DNA of 64,000 nucleotides from Candidatus Tayloriibacteriota bacterium (GTDB lineage Bacteria; Patescibacteriota; Minisyncoccia; Phycocordibacterales; SIBU01), in assembly GCA_009695005.1 (NCBI GenBank), contig SIBU01000003.1, positions 866-64,865 of the forward strand, in the 5' to 3' direction. Position 1 is the stretch's first letter. Each line of letters starts with the position of its first letter. The notes beneath the pieces are model-generated. The model was not told where the DNA came from. It did not search any database and worked only from the letters and a program-made list of their open reading frames with translations. Positions 34,865 through 44,356 of this stretch are shown here, piece by piece. The position numbers and the translations under genes were made by a program.

Positions 34865-36079
34865 TCAAACATTATTCAAAACAGAATACATAGGTGAAAT
34901 CATGGAGACAGCAAAGAAACCGACCGCAGCTCCGATGATAACCATAAGCACCGGTTCAATAATAGTCGACATATCTTTTGTCTTTTGGGAAACTTCTTCC
35001 TCATAAAAACTAGCGACCTCCATAAGCATGTTAGAAAGTTTACCTGTCTCCTCGCCAACCGCTATCATTTCCGAAAAGAATGGCGGATAAATGTCCTCAT
35101 GTTTAGAAAATGTCTCGGAAATAGGTGACCCTTTCTCGATGCTTAATTCTGCAGAACGCAAAACATCTTTATAATAATAATTTTGGAGAACATCACCTGT
35201 AATTTCAAAAGCTCTTACTACAGGTACTCCGGACGACAAAAGCGATGAAAGAGTTCTGGCTGTTCTTGCAGAATTTGTCTCTCTGACAATTTGTGCAATT
35301 ACAGGAGCTTTCAAAAAAATCGAATCCAATACACGATGGCCGACTTTTGTTTTAATGAAATAATAAATTCCTCCTCCGAAAGTTATTACAAACAACAAAC
35401 TTAACAAAATATTATAACGAAGAAAATCACTAACACCGATTACAATTTTAGTTGAAAACGGTAACTCACTGTGCATCTCTGTAAACATCGCAGTAAGATT
35501 CGGGACTACAAAAACCAAAAGTACGGCAGCCACCGCAACCATGATACTCAGAATAACTATAGGATAAATCATCGCACCACGAACTTTGCGTTCCAAGTTA
35601 TAAACATTACCCATCTGAATCGACACAGTTTTAAGTGAATCCGCCAAACTACCACTTTCCTCCCCCGCTTTTGACATCGAAACAAAAAGTAACGGAAAAA
35701 TCTTTGGAAATTTGGAAAGAGCGTCAGAAAAACTTTGCCCCTTGCCGACCGTTTCAATTAGAGAGCTAATTAGTTCCTTGAGTTTTGGTTTTTTACTCTG
35801 TCGTTCAAGAACCGCCAAAGCCCGTGAAAGTGAAAGTCCTGCGCTCAACATAGAGCTCAAATTGCGGGCAAAAAGAATCTTGTCCTTCATCTTAACACTG
35901 CCGGAAAATCCTGAAAAACTCCAAGCCTCGAGCGACTTTAAAGAAGATATCTCCGTGGCTACCAAAACCACATCACCTTTTTTTTTGAGTTCCTTGTAAA
36001 GAGAAAATTTATCAAGAGCTTCAAACTCTCCCTCATAAATTTCTCCACTATTTTTTTGAGCTTTGTATTTGAATTTCAT
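34865..36079 (-). CDS. pilC: Type IV pilus platform protein PilC (T2SS F family)
   Basis: Two T2SSF repeats and three TM segments. The ATG at 36079 (MKFKYKAQKNSGE) is preferred over the TTG at 36097. Confidence 0.9.
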   Translation of the reverse strand: MKFKYKAQKNSGEIYEGEFEALDKFSLYKELKKKGDVVLVATEISSLKSLEAWSFSGFSGSVKMKDKILFARNLSSMLSAGLSLSRALAVLERQSKKPKLKELISSLIETVGKGQSFSDALSKFPKIFPLLFVSMSKAGEESGSLADSLKTVSIQMGNVYNLERKVRGAMIYPIVILSIMVAVAAVLLVFVVPNLTAMFTEMHSELPFSTKIVIGVSDFLRYNILLSLLFVITFGGGIYYFIKTKVGHRVLDSIFLKAPVIAQIVRETNSARTARTLSSLLSSGVPVVRAFEITGDVLQNYYYKDVLRSAELSIEKGSPISETFSKHEDIYPPFFSEMIAVGEETGKLSNMLMEVASFYEEEVSQKTKDMSTIIEPVLMVIIGAAVGFFAVSMISPMYSVLNNV

Positions 36080-36172
36080 ATTTTGACTTGCGTCCAAACC
36101 TAAAACTCTAATCCCAGTTGGTCAAACCAATCTTCTGTGTAAGAAAATTTAAAACCGAACTTTCGAAAAATC

Positions 36173-37930
36173 CTATTCCGATATCACCCTAAACACCTCC
36201 TCAATTGTCGTAACACCCTGAACAGCTTTGAAAATTCCATCTTCAAGCATTGAAAGCATCCCCTCCTTACGGCCCTGCAATTCAATTTCACCGGCTGAAG
36301 CGCCTCTTAAAATCAACTCTTTAACCGCGGAAGATATTTTCAGAGTTTCACTAATACCGACTCGTCCGCGATATCCATCTTTACATTCAGGCGAAGGGTG
36401 AGCTTTAAATAGAGGAATTTTCTCCCAAATTGTATCCGGGGTAACGATTTTTTCGTCCTTAAGTGCTTTAAGAACTTTCACCAAGTCTACTGATTTTTGT
36501 AAAATTGCAAGGGTATCTGAATTTAAAAAATACTTATCCTTAGTCGCGTGAAGTTTACGAACTAAGCGTTGGGCGATAACAACGTTCACAGTAGACACAA
36601 CAAGAAACGGTTCGATTTTCATATCAATCAAACGAGGAATAGCCCCTGCGGCAGAATTAGTATGCAAGGTCGAAAGTACAAGGTGGCCAGTAAGAGAGGC
36701 GTTCACAGCCAAGTTAGCAGTTTCATTATCACGAATTTCACCAACCATGATAATATCCGGATCTTGTCGAACGAGACTGCGCAAACCACTACCGAAAGTA
36801 AAACCAATCTCAGGCTTAACCTGTGTTTGGTTCACCCTCGTCATTTGATATTCGATAGGATCCTCCACGGTAGAAATGTTTACTTCGGGAGTGTTTAAAA
36901 TATCAAGAACCGTATAAAGAGTGGTGGTCTTACCGGAACCTGTTGGACCAGTGGTCAATATCATACCCGCCCTCTGCTTCATTCCGGCGTGAATTTTTTC
37001 CAAGGAATCACCATGAAAACCCAGACCTTCAAGAGTTAGACCGGTAGCAGAATCGCGGAGCAAACGCATGACCGTCTTCTCTCCAAAATAAGTCGGAAGG
37101 ATTGAAACGCGAAAGGAAACTTTCTCATTGTTTAACTCAATTTTAAAACGTCCATCTTGTGGTAAACGTTTCTCGTCCAACTTAAGATTGGACAAAACTT
37201 TTATACGGGCAGTAACACTATCACCGGCGTTTTTCGGCAAGGTCATCGTATCGTGGAGAATACCGTCAATTCTATAACGTACCAAAACCTGATTTTCCAT
37301 AGGCTCAATATGAATATCAGAGGAATTCTGTATTACAGCATGCTTTAAAAGTGTGTCCACAATTCGTACCACTGGCAAATCCTCCGCCATCTTTTTAAGC
37401 TCTTGAGTGTTTTGATTATCCTCACCTTGCGTAATCGAAGAAACACCCCTAAGTGAGGCTGATTCTTTTTGAATAATGTCACCAAATTCAGCTTTTAAGC
37501 TCTTCTGGTATTGCAAAAGGGCGCTTTTGATTGACTGACTGTCAGTGAGTCTGGGAAGAATTTTTAAATGAACTTTTCTCTTGATGAAATCAATGGCCGT
37601 TAAATCATCCGTATCAAGCATCGCTACTTCCAAACTATCATCCTTCTTTCTAAATGCCACAATGTTGTGATTTCTAGCAATCGGCTCTGGAATCATGGAC
37701 AAAATATCAAAATCAAGCCTTTGATCTTTTAAGTTAACAAATGGTATCCCCAAAATATACGCTTGCACTTTACGCAAATCATCTTCCGTAATTTTACCGC
37801 CTTCCACAAGAGCGGTACCGATACTGATTTTTTTCTCAATCGCTTGTTTTTCCATCGCCTCCAAGTCAGTCTTGGAAACAAGACTAGAGTCGGCTATAAA
37901 TTCGCGAAGTTGTTTTTCTTCTATAAACAC
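36173..37930 (-). CDS. pilB: Type IV pilus assembly ATPase PilB (GspE family)
   Basis: Walker A GPTGSGKTT, Asp box, VGEIRD and a His box. GTG start. Confidence 0.93.
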   Translation of the reverse strand: MFIEEKQLREFIADSSLVSKTDLEAMEKQAIEKKISIGTALVEGGKITEDDLRKVQAYILGIPFVNLKDQRLDFDILSMIPEPIARNHNIVAFRKKDDSLEVAMLDTDDLTAIDFIKRKVHLKILPRLTDSQSIKSALLQYQKSLKAEFGDIIQKESASLRGVSSITQGEDNQNTQELKKMAEDLPVVRIVDTLLKHAVIQNSSDIHIEPMENQVLVRYRIDGILHDTMTLPKNAGDSVTARIKVLSNLKLDEKRLPQDGRFKIELNNEKVSFRVSILPTYFGEKTVMRLLRDSATGLTLEGLGFHGDSLEKIHAGMKQRAGMILTTGPTGSGKTTTLYTVLDILNTPEVNISTVEDPIEYQMTRVNQTQVKPEIGFTFGSGLRSLVRQDPDIIMVGEIRDNETANLAVNASLTGHLVLSTLHTNSAAGAIPRLIDMKIEPFLVVSTVNVVIAQRLVRKLHATKDKYFLNSDTLAILQKSVDLVKVLKALKDEKIVTPDTIWEKIPLFKAHPSPECKDGYRGRVGISETLKISSAVKELILRGASAGEIELQGRKEGMLSMLEDGIFKAVQGVTTIEEVFRVISE

Positions 37931-37968
37931 AAGTTAATTATAGCAAAAATGCCAAAGTTTTTCTCCAC

Positions 37969-37997
37969 AAAAAAAAGACGCATCGAAATGATGCGTC
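37969..37997 (-). terminator. Rho-independent terminator after trpG
   Basis: 8-bp stem gacgcatc / gatgcgtc. On the minus strand it is followed by a run of 8 T. Confidence 0.75.
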
Positions 37998-38012
37998 TCA
38001 GTATCAAAAGAA

Positions 38013-38618
38013 CTATTTTTTTACCTCAAGGGACAGAAAATTTGCAAACATTTCTGTCCCATATTCGGTAAACCACGATTCTGGGTGGAATTGCACCCCG
38101 ACAATATGCGGATATTCCACACATTCGATCGCCATTATGGTACCGTCCGCTGTCCGCGCTGTTTGTCGGAGCGCCTTCAGTGGGATACTTCCGTTCACAA
38201 TTACAAAAAAATGATATCTCATCGCTTGCAACCCATTCTTGATTCCAGAAAAAACTCCACGAGTCTCGTGATATACCACTGAAGTTTTTCCGTGCATGAT
38301 TTTTCCACACCTAGCTATCTTCGCTCCAAAGTACTGCCCTATCACTTGGTGACCAAGGCAGATACCGAAAATCGGTACTGACGCCTTGAAATGCTCCAAC
38401 ACCTTATGAAACAGGGTCACGTCCTTAGGATGCCCCTTTCCGGCCGACAACACGATGTGTGTCGGTCGAAACTTCATCACGTCCTCAACTGATGCATCGG
38501 TTCGTACTACGCAGACCTTCACTCCCAACAACCGAAGGATTCGCACCATGTTGTAGGTGAAAGAATCAAAGTGGTCAACGACCACAACTCTGATTCGATT
38601 TGATTTTCTTTTCTTCAT
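38013..38618 (-). CDS. trpG: Glutamine amidotransferase component II of anthranilate/aminodeoxychorismate synthase
   Basis: VVDHFDSFTYN, GICLGHQ and FHPES (class I GATase triad). TrpG and PabA cannot be told apart by eye. Confidence 0.85.
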   Translation of the reverse strand: MKKRKSNRIRVVVVDHFDSFTYNMVRILRLLGVKVCVVRTDASVEDVMKFRPTHIVLSAGKGHPKDVTLFHKVLEHFKASVPIFGICLGHQVIGQYFGAKIARCGKIMHGKTSVVYHETRGVFSGIKNGLQAMRYHFFVIVNGSIPLKALRQTARTADGTIMAIECVEYPHIVGVQFHPESWFTEYGTEMFANFLSLEVKK

Positions 38619-40077
38619 GTTCTCCCTTTGGTTGATTGTTTATTTCGATAAGGGATCTCTTGATGGACCCCGCTTTTTTCTCCGTTTCGAGGTACTCCGC
38701 TTCAGGATTGGAGTCGTACACGATTCCCGCGCCTGTCTGCCAGTACAACACACCTTTCAAAAGCACAGCGCTTCTGATGAAGATGCATGTATAGACCGAC
38801 AAGTCGGTGAACCAGCCGAACGAGCCTCCATAAGGACCTCTCTGACATGGCTCAAGTTCAGTTATTATCTGTAGCGCCCTCACTTTCGGGCATCCAGACA
38901 ATGTGCCGGCAGGTGTCACACCGAGGAAAGCTTCGAGAGGAGGAACTCCATCTCGCAACTTACCTCGAACTTCAGACGCCATGTGAATGACAGAACCGCA
39001 ATATTCCGCCTTCATCAATTCGGTCACTACAACCGAATCGCTTTGACAGTATTTACTCGCATCATTCAACGCAAGGTCTACGAGCATTTTGTGCTCGGCG
39101 CGCTCCTTCGGATTATTGAGCAAAGCTTTCTCATTGCGTTTATCTCCAGCAGGACTTTTCCCACGTTTTCTGGTCCCGGCAAGTGGACGGATAATCATTT
39201 CCCTATTCCGGATGTCAGCCATAATCTCCGGAGATGAACCTACCAGAATTGCGTTCTGGTAACTGCTATCTGTACGCATATGAAACAGGTACAGTGAGGG
39301 GTTAATGCTTCTGAGAGCTTTGTAAAAAGACAACCCGTTTCCAGAAAATGGAACGGAAAGTCTTCGTGACAAAACCACCTGGAAGACATCCCCCTTGTTG
39401 ATGTGCTCTTTAGCCTTTTCCACCATATCCATGAATTCCGTTTTGGATAGGTTTGACTTGAGATTTTCCATCTCCGCGACATCCTGCGAGCTTTGAACTT
39501 TCGCAGAATCGGAAACGATTTGTTCCATCTCTTCCAACAAACGGCACCCCTCTTTGTAACCCAGTGTTTCTCCGTATGAAACGGGAACGTTGGAGACAAA
39601 GTAGAGTGTGCTTGTTTGGTGGTCGAGAATGATAACGCAGTGGAATGCGCACAAAGCAACCATTGGAAGGTTGAACGGATCCACCAGGTGCGGTTTAACC
39701 GTTTTTTCAACCTGACTAGCCACCTCATAACTAAAGCAACCCGTTACTCCACCAACAAATTGCAGGAACGGATGGGTAATCGGAGAGATGGCTCGAATTT
39801 TCCTTTTAAGCGACGCCACACTCATTAGTTTGTGCGTAACACAAAAAGGCTTACCGAAAAGACAAATATATGAATATCGTTCTTTCTCACCGTCATGAGT
39901 CGCACTCTCCATGAGCACCGCTGGAAGTTTGGTTTTTTGTAAAACCAACTCGTAAACCTGAAGAGGGTCAGGAAGTTTTTTCCCCGACACTGAGCGAATC
40001 AACGTCACGAACCTTCGCGAATCTTTCATTGCTGATACACGGCTACTTCTGAATGTTATTAATTCAGTATTTTTCAT
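38575..40077 (-). CDS. trpE: Chorismate-utilising component I of anthranilate/aminodeoxychorismate synthase
   Basis: 500 aa. Chorismate-binding motifs: SPEIM, LAGTRKRG, PAGTLSGCPK and GAGIVYDSNPEAEYLET. It overlaps trpG by 44 nt. Confidence 0.85.
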   Translation of the reverse strand: MKNTELITFRSSRVSAMKDSRRFVTLIRSVSGKKLPDPLQVYELVLQKTKLPAVLMESATHDGEKERYSYICLFGKPFCVTHKLMSVASLKRKIRAISPITHPFLQFVGGVTGCFSYEVASQVEKTVKPHLVDPFNLPMVALCAFHCVIILDHQTSTLYFVSNVPVSYGETLGYKEGCRLLEEMEQIVSDSAKVQSSQDVAEMENLKSNLSKTEFMDMVEKAKEHINKGDVFQVVLSRRLSVPFSGNGLSFYKALRSINPSLYLFHMRTDSSYQNAILVGSSPEIMADIRNREMIIRPLAGTRKRGKSPAGDKRNEKALLNNPKERAEHKMLVDLALNDASKYCQSDSVVVTELMKAEYCGSVIHMASEVRGKLRDGVPPLEAFLGVTPAGTLSGCPKVRALQIITELEPCQRGPYGGSFGWFTDLSVYTCIFIRSAVLLKGVLYWQTGAGIVYDSNPEAEYLETEKKAGSIKRSLIEINNQPKGEHEEKKIKSNQSCGR

Positions 40078-40155
40078 AATTTCTCTATTTAATTGTCAAC
40101 GATCTATTTTTCGGTCTACTCATGACGGCGAATTGGTCGCCGGCATGTTCCAAAC

Positions 40156-40194
40156 AAAAAAAGACACCTTGGCGAAATCCAAGGTGTCTTTTTT
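40156..40194. terminator. Strong terminator between the trpR-like gene and trpE (possible attenuator)
   Basis: 11-bp core agacaccttgg / ccaaggtgtct, extended by A/T runs on both sides. It ends only ~79 nt from the trpE ATG. Confidence 0.75.
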
Positions 40195-40296
40195 GTCATA
40201 ATTAATTAACGACAAAAGAGATGGATCTCGCCATGAATAGACATAGACCATCGCCAAACTGAATTTTTAATTTTTACTAATGATTGATTCATACTT

Positions 40297-40575
40297 TTAT
40301 TTAACTTTATAATTCTTCAAAATCTTCCAAAACCCACCCTTCTCATTCAATAATTCTCTGGAACCGCGAGTAATCTTGGCAATACTGACTCCCAAATTAC
40401 CAGCTATTTCTCTCTGCGGAACCCTCTTTGATAACAGCTTGATGATTTGCCAACGAACGCTGATATCCTCAAACTCCGCAGGTGTAAGCAAATCCTCAAG
40501 GAATTCATCCATCAGCTTTGGATTCCTGATAGACACCAATAACTTCATTAATTCTTCTCGATATTTCTTATTCAT
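40297..40575 (-). CDS. TrpR-related YerC/YecD-family DNA-binding protein
   Basis: 92 aa. DLLTPAEFEDISVRWQIIKLL...QREIAGNLGVSIAKITRGSREL is an HTH of the TrpR/YerC type. Confidence 0.8.
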   Translation of the reverse strand: MNKKYREELMKLLVSIRNPKLMDEFLEDLLTPAEFEDISVRWQIIKLLSKRVPQREIAGNLGVSIAKITRGSRELLNEKGGFWKILKNYKVK

Positions 40576-40580
40576 ATTAT

Positions 40581-40635
40581 TTGTACTGTTGTAATGCTAC
40601 ACAAGTACAATATCATACACGTAAAAATTGTACAA
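40581..40635. promoter_or_regulatory. Three TGTAC-type boxes upstream of the trpR-like gene (candidate operator/promoter)
   Basis: TTGTACT (40581..87) and AGTACAA (40604..10) form an inverted repeat. TTGTACAA (40628..35) is a palindrome. GTAC cores resemble half-sites of TrpR-type operators. Confidence 0.35.
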
Positions 40636-40768
40636 ACCAGGGGTGTGGATAACTTATTTCAACTCTAAATAAAAAGATGTCCTGTAAAAAAGTGCACCTG
40701 AAAAATGTCCCCATGAAACCCCTCATATCTTTGGGTTACCAAACCCCCAATTTTATCAAATTTTATAA

Positions 40769-42208
40769 TTACACTAGTGCCATCTCTACAAAAAACGTTG
40801 AGCCCTTACCTTCCCCTTCAGATTCAACCCAGATTTTCCCATTATGTGCCTTGATCATTTCATGAGCCACGTAAAGCCCTAAACCTGTTCCCATAATATT
40901 AACTCTAGAGGCGTCCTTGGCTCGACTAAATTTCTTGAACAAATGCGGAATAGTCTCAGGACGAATTCCAACACCTGTATCCTTGATTATAATCAATACT
41001 TTTTTACTTTCACTTTCAACCTTGAGAGTTACAGTTATTGATCCTTTTGGTGTGTATTTAATAGCATTATCAATGAGATTACCAATTACCTGTTTTATTT
41101 TATCCCTGTCACCACTTACATTATTCTGTTCGAAACACTCGAAGACTGAAACGGTCAAACCTTTCTTTTCAAGAATCGGTTTCTCTTCCACCACGACTTC
41201 CTTAACCAATGCGCACATATCAAAAGTTGAAAAATCATATTTCATTTTTCCTTGATCAATCTGCGAGGCATTAAGAAAATCCTCAACAATACCAACAAGT
41301 GTCTGACTTGAATGATAAATAGTGTTAATTGGATCCTTAAGTTTTTCTGACATTTCACCATAATCCCCCTCGATCATCATAGAAGCATAACCTTCTATAG
41401 CAGTAAGCGGTCCTCGAATTTGATGCGTGGCGATAGAAACAAATTCAGATTTCAAACGATCAAGCTCTTTAAGTTGTTTGTTTGCTTTTTCTATCTTTTG
41501 ATTAGTTTCTTCAAGAGCCTGATAAAGCTTTGCCTTATCAAGTATTAACGCAATAACATTCGCAGCGGCTTCCAACGAACTGCGTTCATGCTCGGAAAAT
41601 ACATCGTATGAATGGCTAATTATCACCATAAATAATCCGATCACTTTTTTATCAATTACCAGAGGATAACAAAGAGCAGTTCTCATGTGAGCTTCCTTGT
41701 GAAATTTAACGGCCACCTCTGTAGAAATTTGACTACCCCATAATTTAAAAATAAATTCCGTCTGATTAGGCAATCTAGTGACAATGATGGGTTTAAAAAA
41801 ATCACTTTTCGAAACATCGCTCAAAACCATTGTTTCTAAATCACAACCAGTTTCAACTTTAATTTTCTGAACAGGGTCAGCAGCAGAAACACTTAGTGGT
41901 GTAAATTCATCCTTTTTTTCGGAAAAAAGAAATATACCAACAAATTTGAAATTAAGAATTGTTCGCACAGAAAAAGCCACTTGTTTAGCCAGATCTTTTG
42001 GCTCAAGCGTTTCAGTGCTTATCTCATATAGTTTGGCGAGAAGCGAAAGTGTTTTGTTTTTAACGGATAATTCAAGATTTTGTCTATAAAGATTCTCCTG
42101 AATACTTCTAGTATGTTCGTCAATAATTACCTCATTCGCATTGTTACGAACAAGACCTAAACCTTTTACTCCAATATTTTTCGGATTATTGTGAAAAAAT
42201 TTAAACAC
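40769..42208 (-). CDS. Cytoplasmic GAF-domain sensor histidine kinase
   Basis: H-box SIATHQIRGPLT, N-box DNAIKYT, and G-boxes DTGVGI and GTGLGL. There is no TM segment, and no response regulator lies in the window. Confidence 0.88.
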   Translation of the reverse strand: MFKFFHNNPKNIGVKGLGLVRNNANEVIIDEHTRSIQENLYRQNLELSVKNKTLSLLAKLYEISTETLEPKDLAKQVAFSVRTILNFKFVGIFLFSEKKDEFTPLSVSAADPVQKIKVETGCDLETMVLSDVSKSDFFKPIIVTRLPNQTEFIFKLWGSQISTEVAVKFHKEAHMRTALCYPLVIDKKVIGLFMVIISHSYDVFSEHERSSLEAAANVIALILDKAKLYQALEETNQKIEKANKQLKELDRLKSEFVSIATHQIRGPLTAIEGYASMMIEGDYGEMSEKLKDPINTIYHSSQTLVGIVEDFLNASQIDQGKMKYDFSTFDMCALVKEVVVEEKPILEKKGLTVSVFECFEQNNVSGDRDKIKQVIGNLIDNAIKYTPKGSITVTLKVESESKKVLIIIKDTGVGIRPETIPHLFKKFSRAKDASRVNIMGTGLGLYVAHEMIKAHNGKIWVESEGEGKGSTFFVEMALV

Positions 42209-42218
42209 GAAACTAAAA

Positions 42219-42515
42219 TTATGGCTGTAGGCTGGCCGGAACTTCAGATACTGGCAATTCCGCGATTAAATCAGCGACCGCATCACGGCAAACCTCATGA
42301 GAAGCTTGACCAAAAAGACGTTCATACTGAGCCACGAGTTTATCGACGACCAATTTAGGATCTTCATTTTTAAAATCTACCTTTCCGGCTTTAGAATCAA
42401 GAACTTGCAAACCGGAAACTTTACGTGCCTCATCCCAAGCAAGCGGACCAATAATTAATTCTTGCTCTTTAATTATCCTGTATGCTATTTGATTGAAAAT
42501 TGAAGCTACGATCAT
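42219..42515 (-). CDS. Hypothetical protein (98 aa)
   Basis: ORF-track ORF lying 10 nt upstream of the kinase gene. No family recognised. Confidence 0.5.
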   Translation of the reverse strand: MIVASIFNQIAYRIIKEQELIIGPLAWDEARKVSGLQVLDSKAGKVDFKNEDPKLVVDKLVAQYERLFGQASHEVCRDAVADLIAELPVSEVPASLQP

Positions 42516-42530
42516 TAGAATAATTTTTAC

Positions 42531-43358
42531 TTACACCTTCTCAATTCTCCTATAAATTATGCCGACATATATAAGTGACAAGGTCATCAAAAAATACGAA
42601 GTCGCGTAACACAAATCATTCATCCCGCCGACAATCCAAGTCTCACGACTCTCCTGATACAAAAACATGTAATCGGAAATATATTGGAAAATAAGCGCAA
42701 ACAGGAAAAATCGAACAGGTCCTTTCATTATCCCCCCAAGGACTTCTCTGGAAAACAGCAACGTGAGCAAAGCTATGGAAACATAAACTGCCTGGCCCAG
42801 CGGGTAACCGAAATCAAGAAAGATTTTCAATGGAGCAGTTGAAACAAAATCGTACCCCTTGAGAAAAACCCAATATGAAATTGAAAGCGCAACAAGAGGA
42901 AAAAGAAAAGCTTGAATTTTTGTCTCAAAAGATTTCAAAGAAACTTTTACGCCGGAAGTTCTGGCCAAAAGTATACTTCCATAAATATAAAAGGGAATGC
43001 TCCCGAAGAAACCTATATCACCCAACGAAGGGTATGGCACATCAATATTGAGATAGTATATATAATAGCTATACATACTTTGACCAAATGCCTGGAGCAA
43101 AAGACCGATAGAAAAAGCCAGAACAACTCGCCCGAACAAACTCTTAGATCCTCCCCATGCCTTAGAAGTAATTATTCCAAGAATACCCCCATATAACGCA
43201 ATAATCTGATAGAGCACGGCCCACATTTGCCTTGTATCCTCAGTATTACTTAAACCTAGATACTGCAGGTACCACCACCACCCGACCAAACAAAAAAATA
43301 ATACGAAAGCAATTCTAGCAAACGGATTTTTATACAAGGAGGCAATAAGGACTTTCAT
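42531..43358 (-). CDS. Polytopic membrane protein (275 aa, ~8 TM)
   Basis: ORF-track ORF, hydrophobic throughout. It is the first gene of the string 43358->40769. Confidence 0.65.
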   Translation of the reverse strand: MKVLIASLYKNPFARIAFVLFFCLVGWWWYLQYLGLSNTEDTRQMWAVLYQIIALYGGILGIITSKAWGGSKSLFGRVVLAFSIGLLLQAFGQSMYSYYIYYLNIDVPYPSLGDIGFFGSIPFYIYGSILLARTSGVKVSLKSFETKIQAFLFPLVALSISYWVFLKGYDFVSTAPLKIFLDFGYPLGQAVYVSIALLTLLFSREVLGGIMKGPVRFFLFALIFQYISDYMFLYQESRETWIVGGMNDLCYATSYFLMTLSLIYVGIIYRRIEKV

Positions 43359-43399
43359 ATAAATAATATTAACATGAGGTGAAGTAATTTCCCAGTAAA

Positions 43400-44302
43400 C
43401 TACGGGCGAAAAGACGCGGTATATTTTTTAAGAAAATGATGGGGTTGAAAGGAGTTTTTGGCCTGCCTTAAATTATAAATTCCTAAATCCTGCTCGTAAT
43501 TAATATACTTATAATTATGCTCTTTAAGAATTTTTGCGGTAGCGTTCATCAAAAAAGCGTTAATACCGATAAACTCTGAGTTCGTTTTGGCAAACAAACA
43601 ATTAATATATGCACTATCTACCGGTGACTTTTCATGAAGATTAAACGCAACAAGCTCATCTTCAACGTAAACGCCAATTGCGATGGAAGAAAACTGGTTG
43701 GCATGTTTAAGAAATCTGTTTATAGCGATAGTTTCATTTGGAATTGAAAAACCATTATTCTTTTCCCATTTTCCATAAAGACGTAAAATTTCTTGCTGGT
43801 TCTTTTTATTTGAAACATCCAACAACTTAGCTTCAACTTTTCTATATTTACGCAAAAAACTGTTTAACGAATTCCTGTGAGTTTTAAGCCCACTTCCCTC
43901 GTACTGACTAATTTCTTCAACCGAATATATATAATCAAAATGATTCCTGTCCTCTGAAACAATAAACGCTTCTTTGTCTAAATTTATAACTGACACTTCA
44001 GGCAATAATTTCAATGCCGGCTGAACACCTTCTTTAATAGAGAACTTGAGTAATTTATCCGTTGTGTCAAAAACTTCATGACTACCGATAAAAGAAACAA
44101 ATGGCTCGCTAGTAAGATAGTCTGTAAATCTGACTATCAGATTGCCATTCAATAATGAAACTTCCATCTCACCTTTAGTGTCCCAACACCACATACTCAT
44201 GAAATCAAAATCAGAATAAGGTGGATGTTGTCTTGTGAATGTCTCAACATCCACCTTATCAAAAAACTCAAGTTTTTTAAATCGAGGAAATTTCGGAATC
44301 AT
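43400..44302 (-). CDS. DUF2156 / lysyl-phosphatidylglycerol-synthase C-terminal-like (GNAT-fold) protein
   Basis: 300 aa. The N-terminal pattern PPYSDFDFMSMWCWDTKGEMEVSLLNGNLIVRF..PFVSFIG is typical of DUF2156 (y-s-f-F-nl--W...dg-Lii...P-G). Confidence 0.5.
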   Translation of the reverse strand: MIPKFPRFKKLEFFDKVDVETFTRQHPPYSDFDFMSMWCWDTKGEMEVSLLNGNLIVRFTDYLTSEPFVSFIGSHEVFDTTDKLLKFSIKEGVQPALKLLPEVSVINLDKEAFIVSEDRNHFDYIYSVEEISQYEGSGLKTHRNSLNSFLRKYRKVEAKLLDVSNKKNQQEILRLYGKWEKNNGFSIPNETIAINRFLKHANQFSSIAIGVYVEDELVAFNLHEKSPVDSAYINCLFAKTNSEFIGINAFLMNATAKILKEHNYKYINYEQDLGIYNLRQAKNSFQPHHFLKKYTASFRP

Positions 44303-44356
44303 AAAATGAAAATATAACCAAATTATTATACAGTAATCTAGCTTAAAATTTTAATT

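Noticed and set aside
37937-37942. A TATAAT box 6 nt upstream of the pilB GTG, implying a leaderless mRNA
   Set aside because: There is no acceptable -35 at 16-18 nt, and leaderless initiation at GTG is unusual. The call is too speculative.
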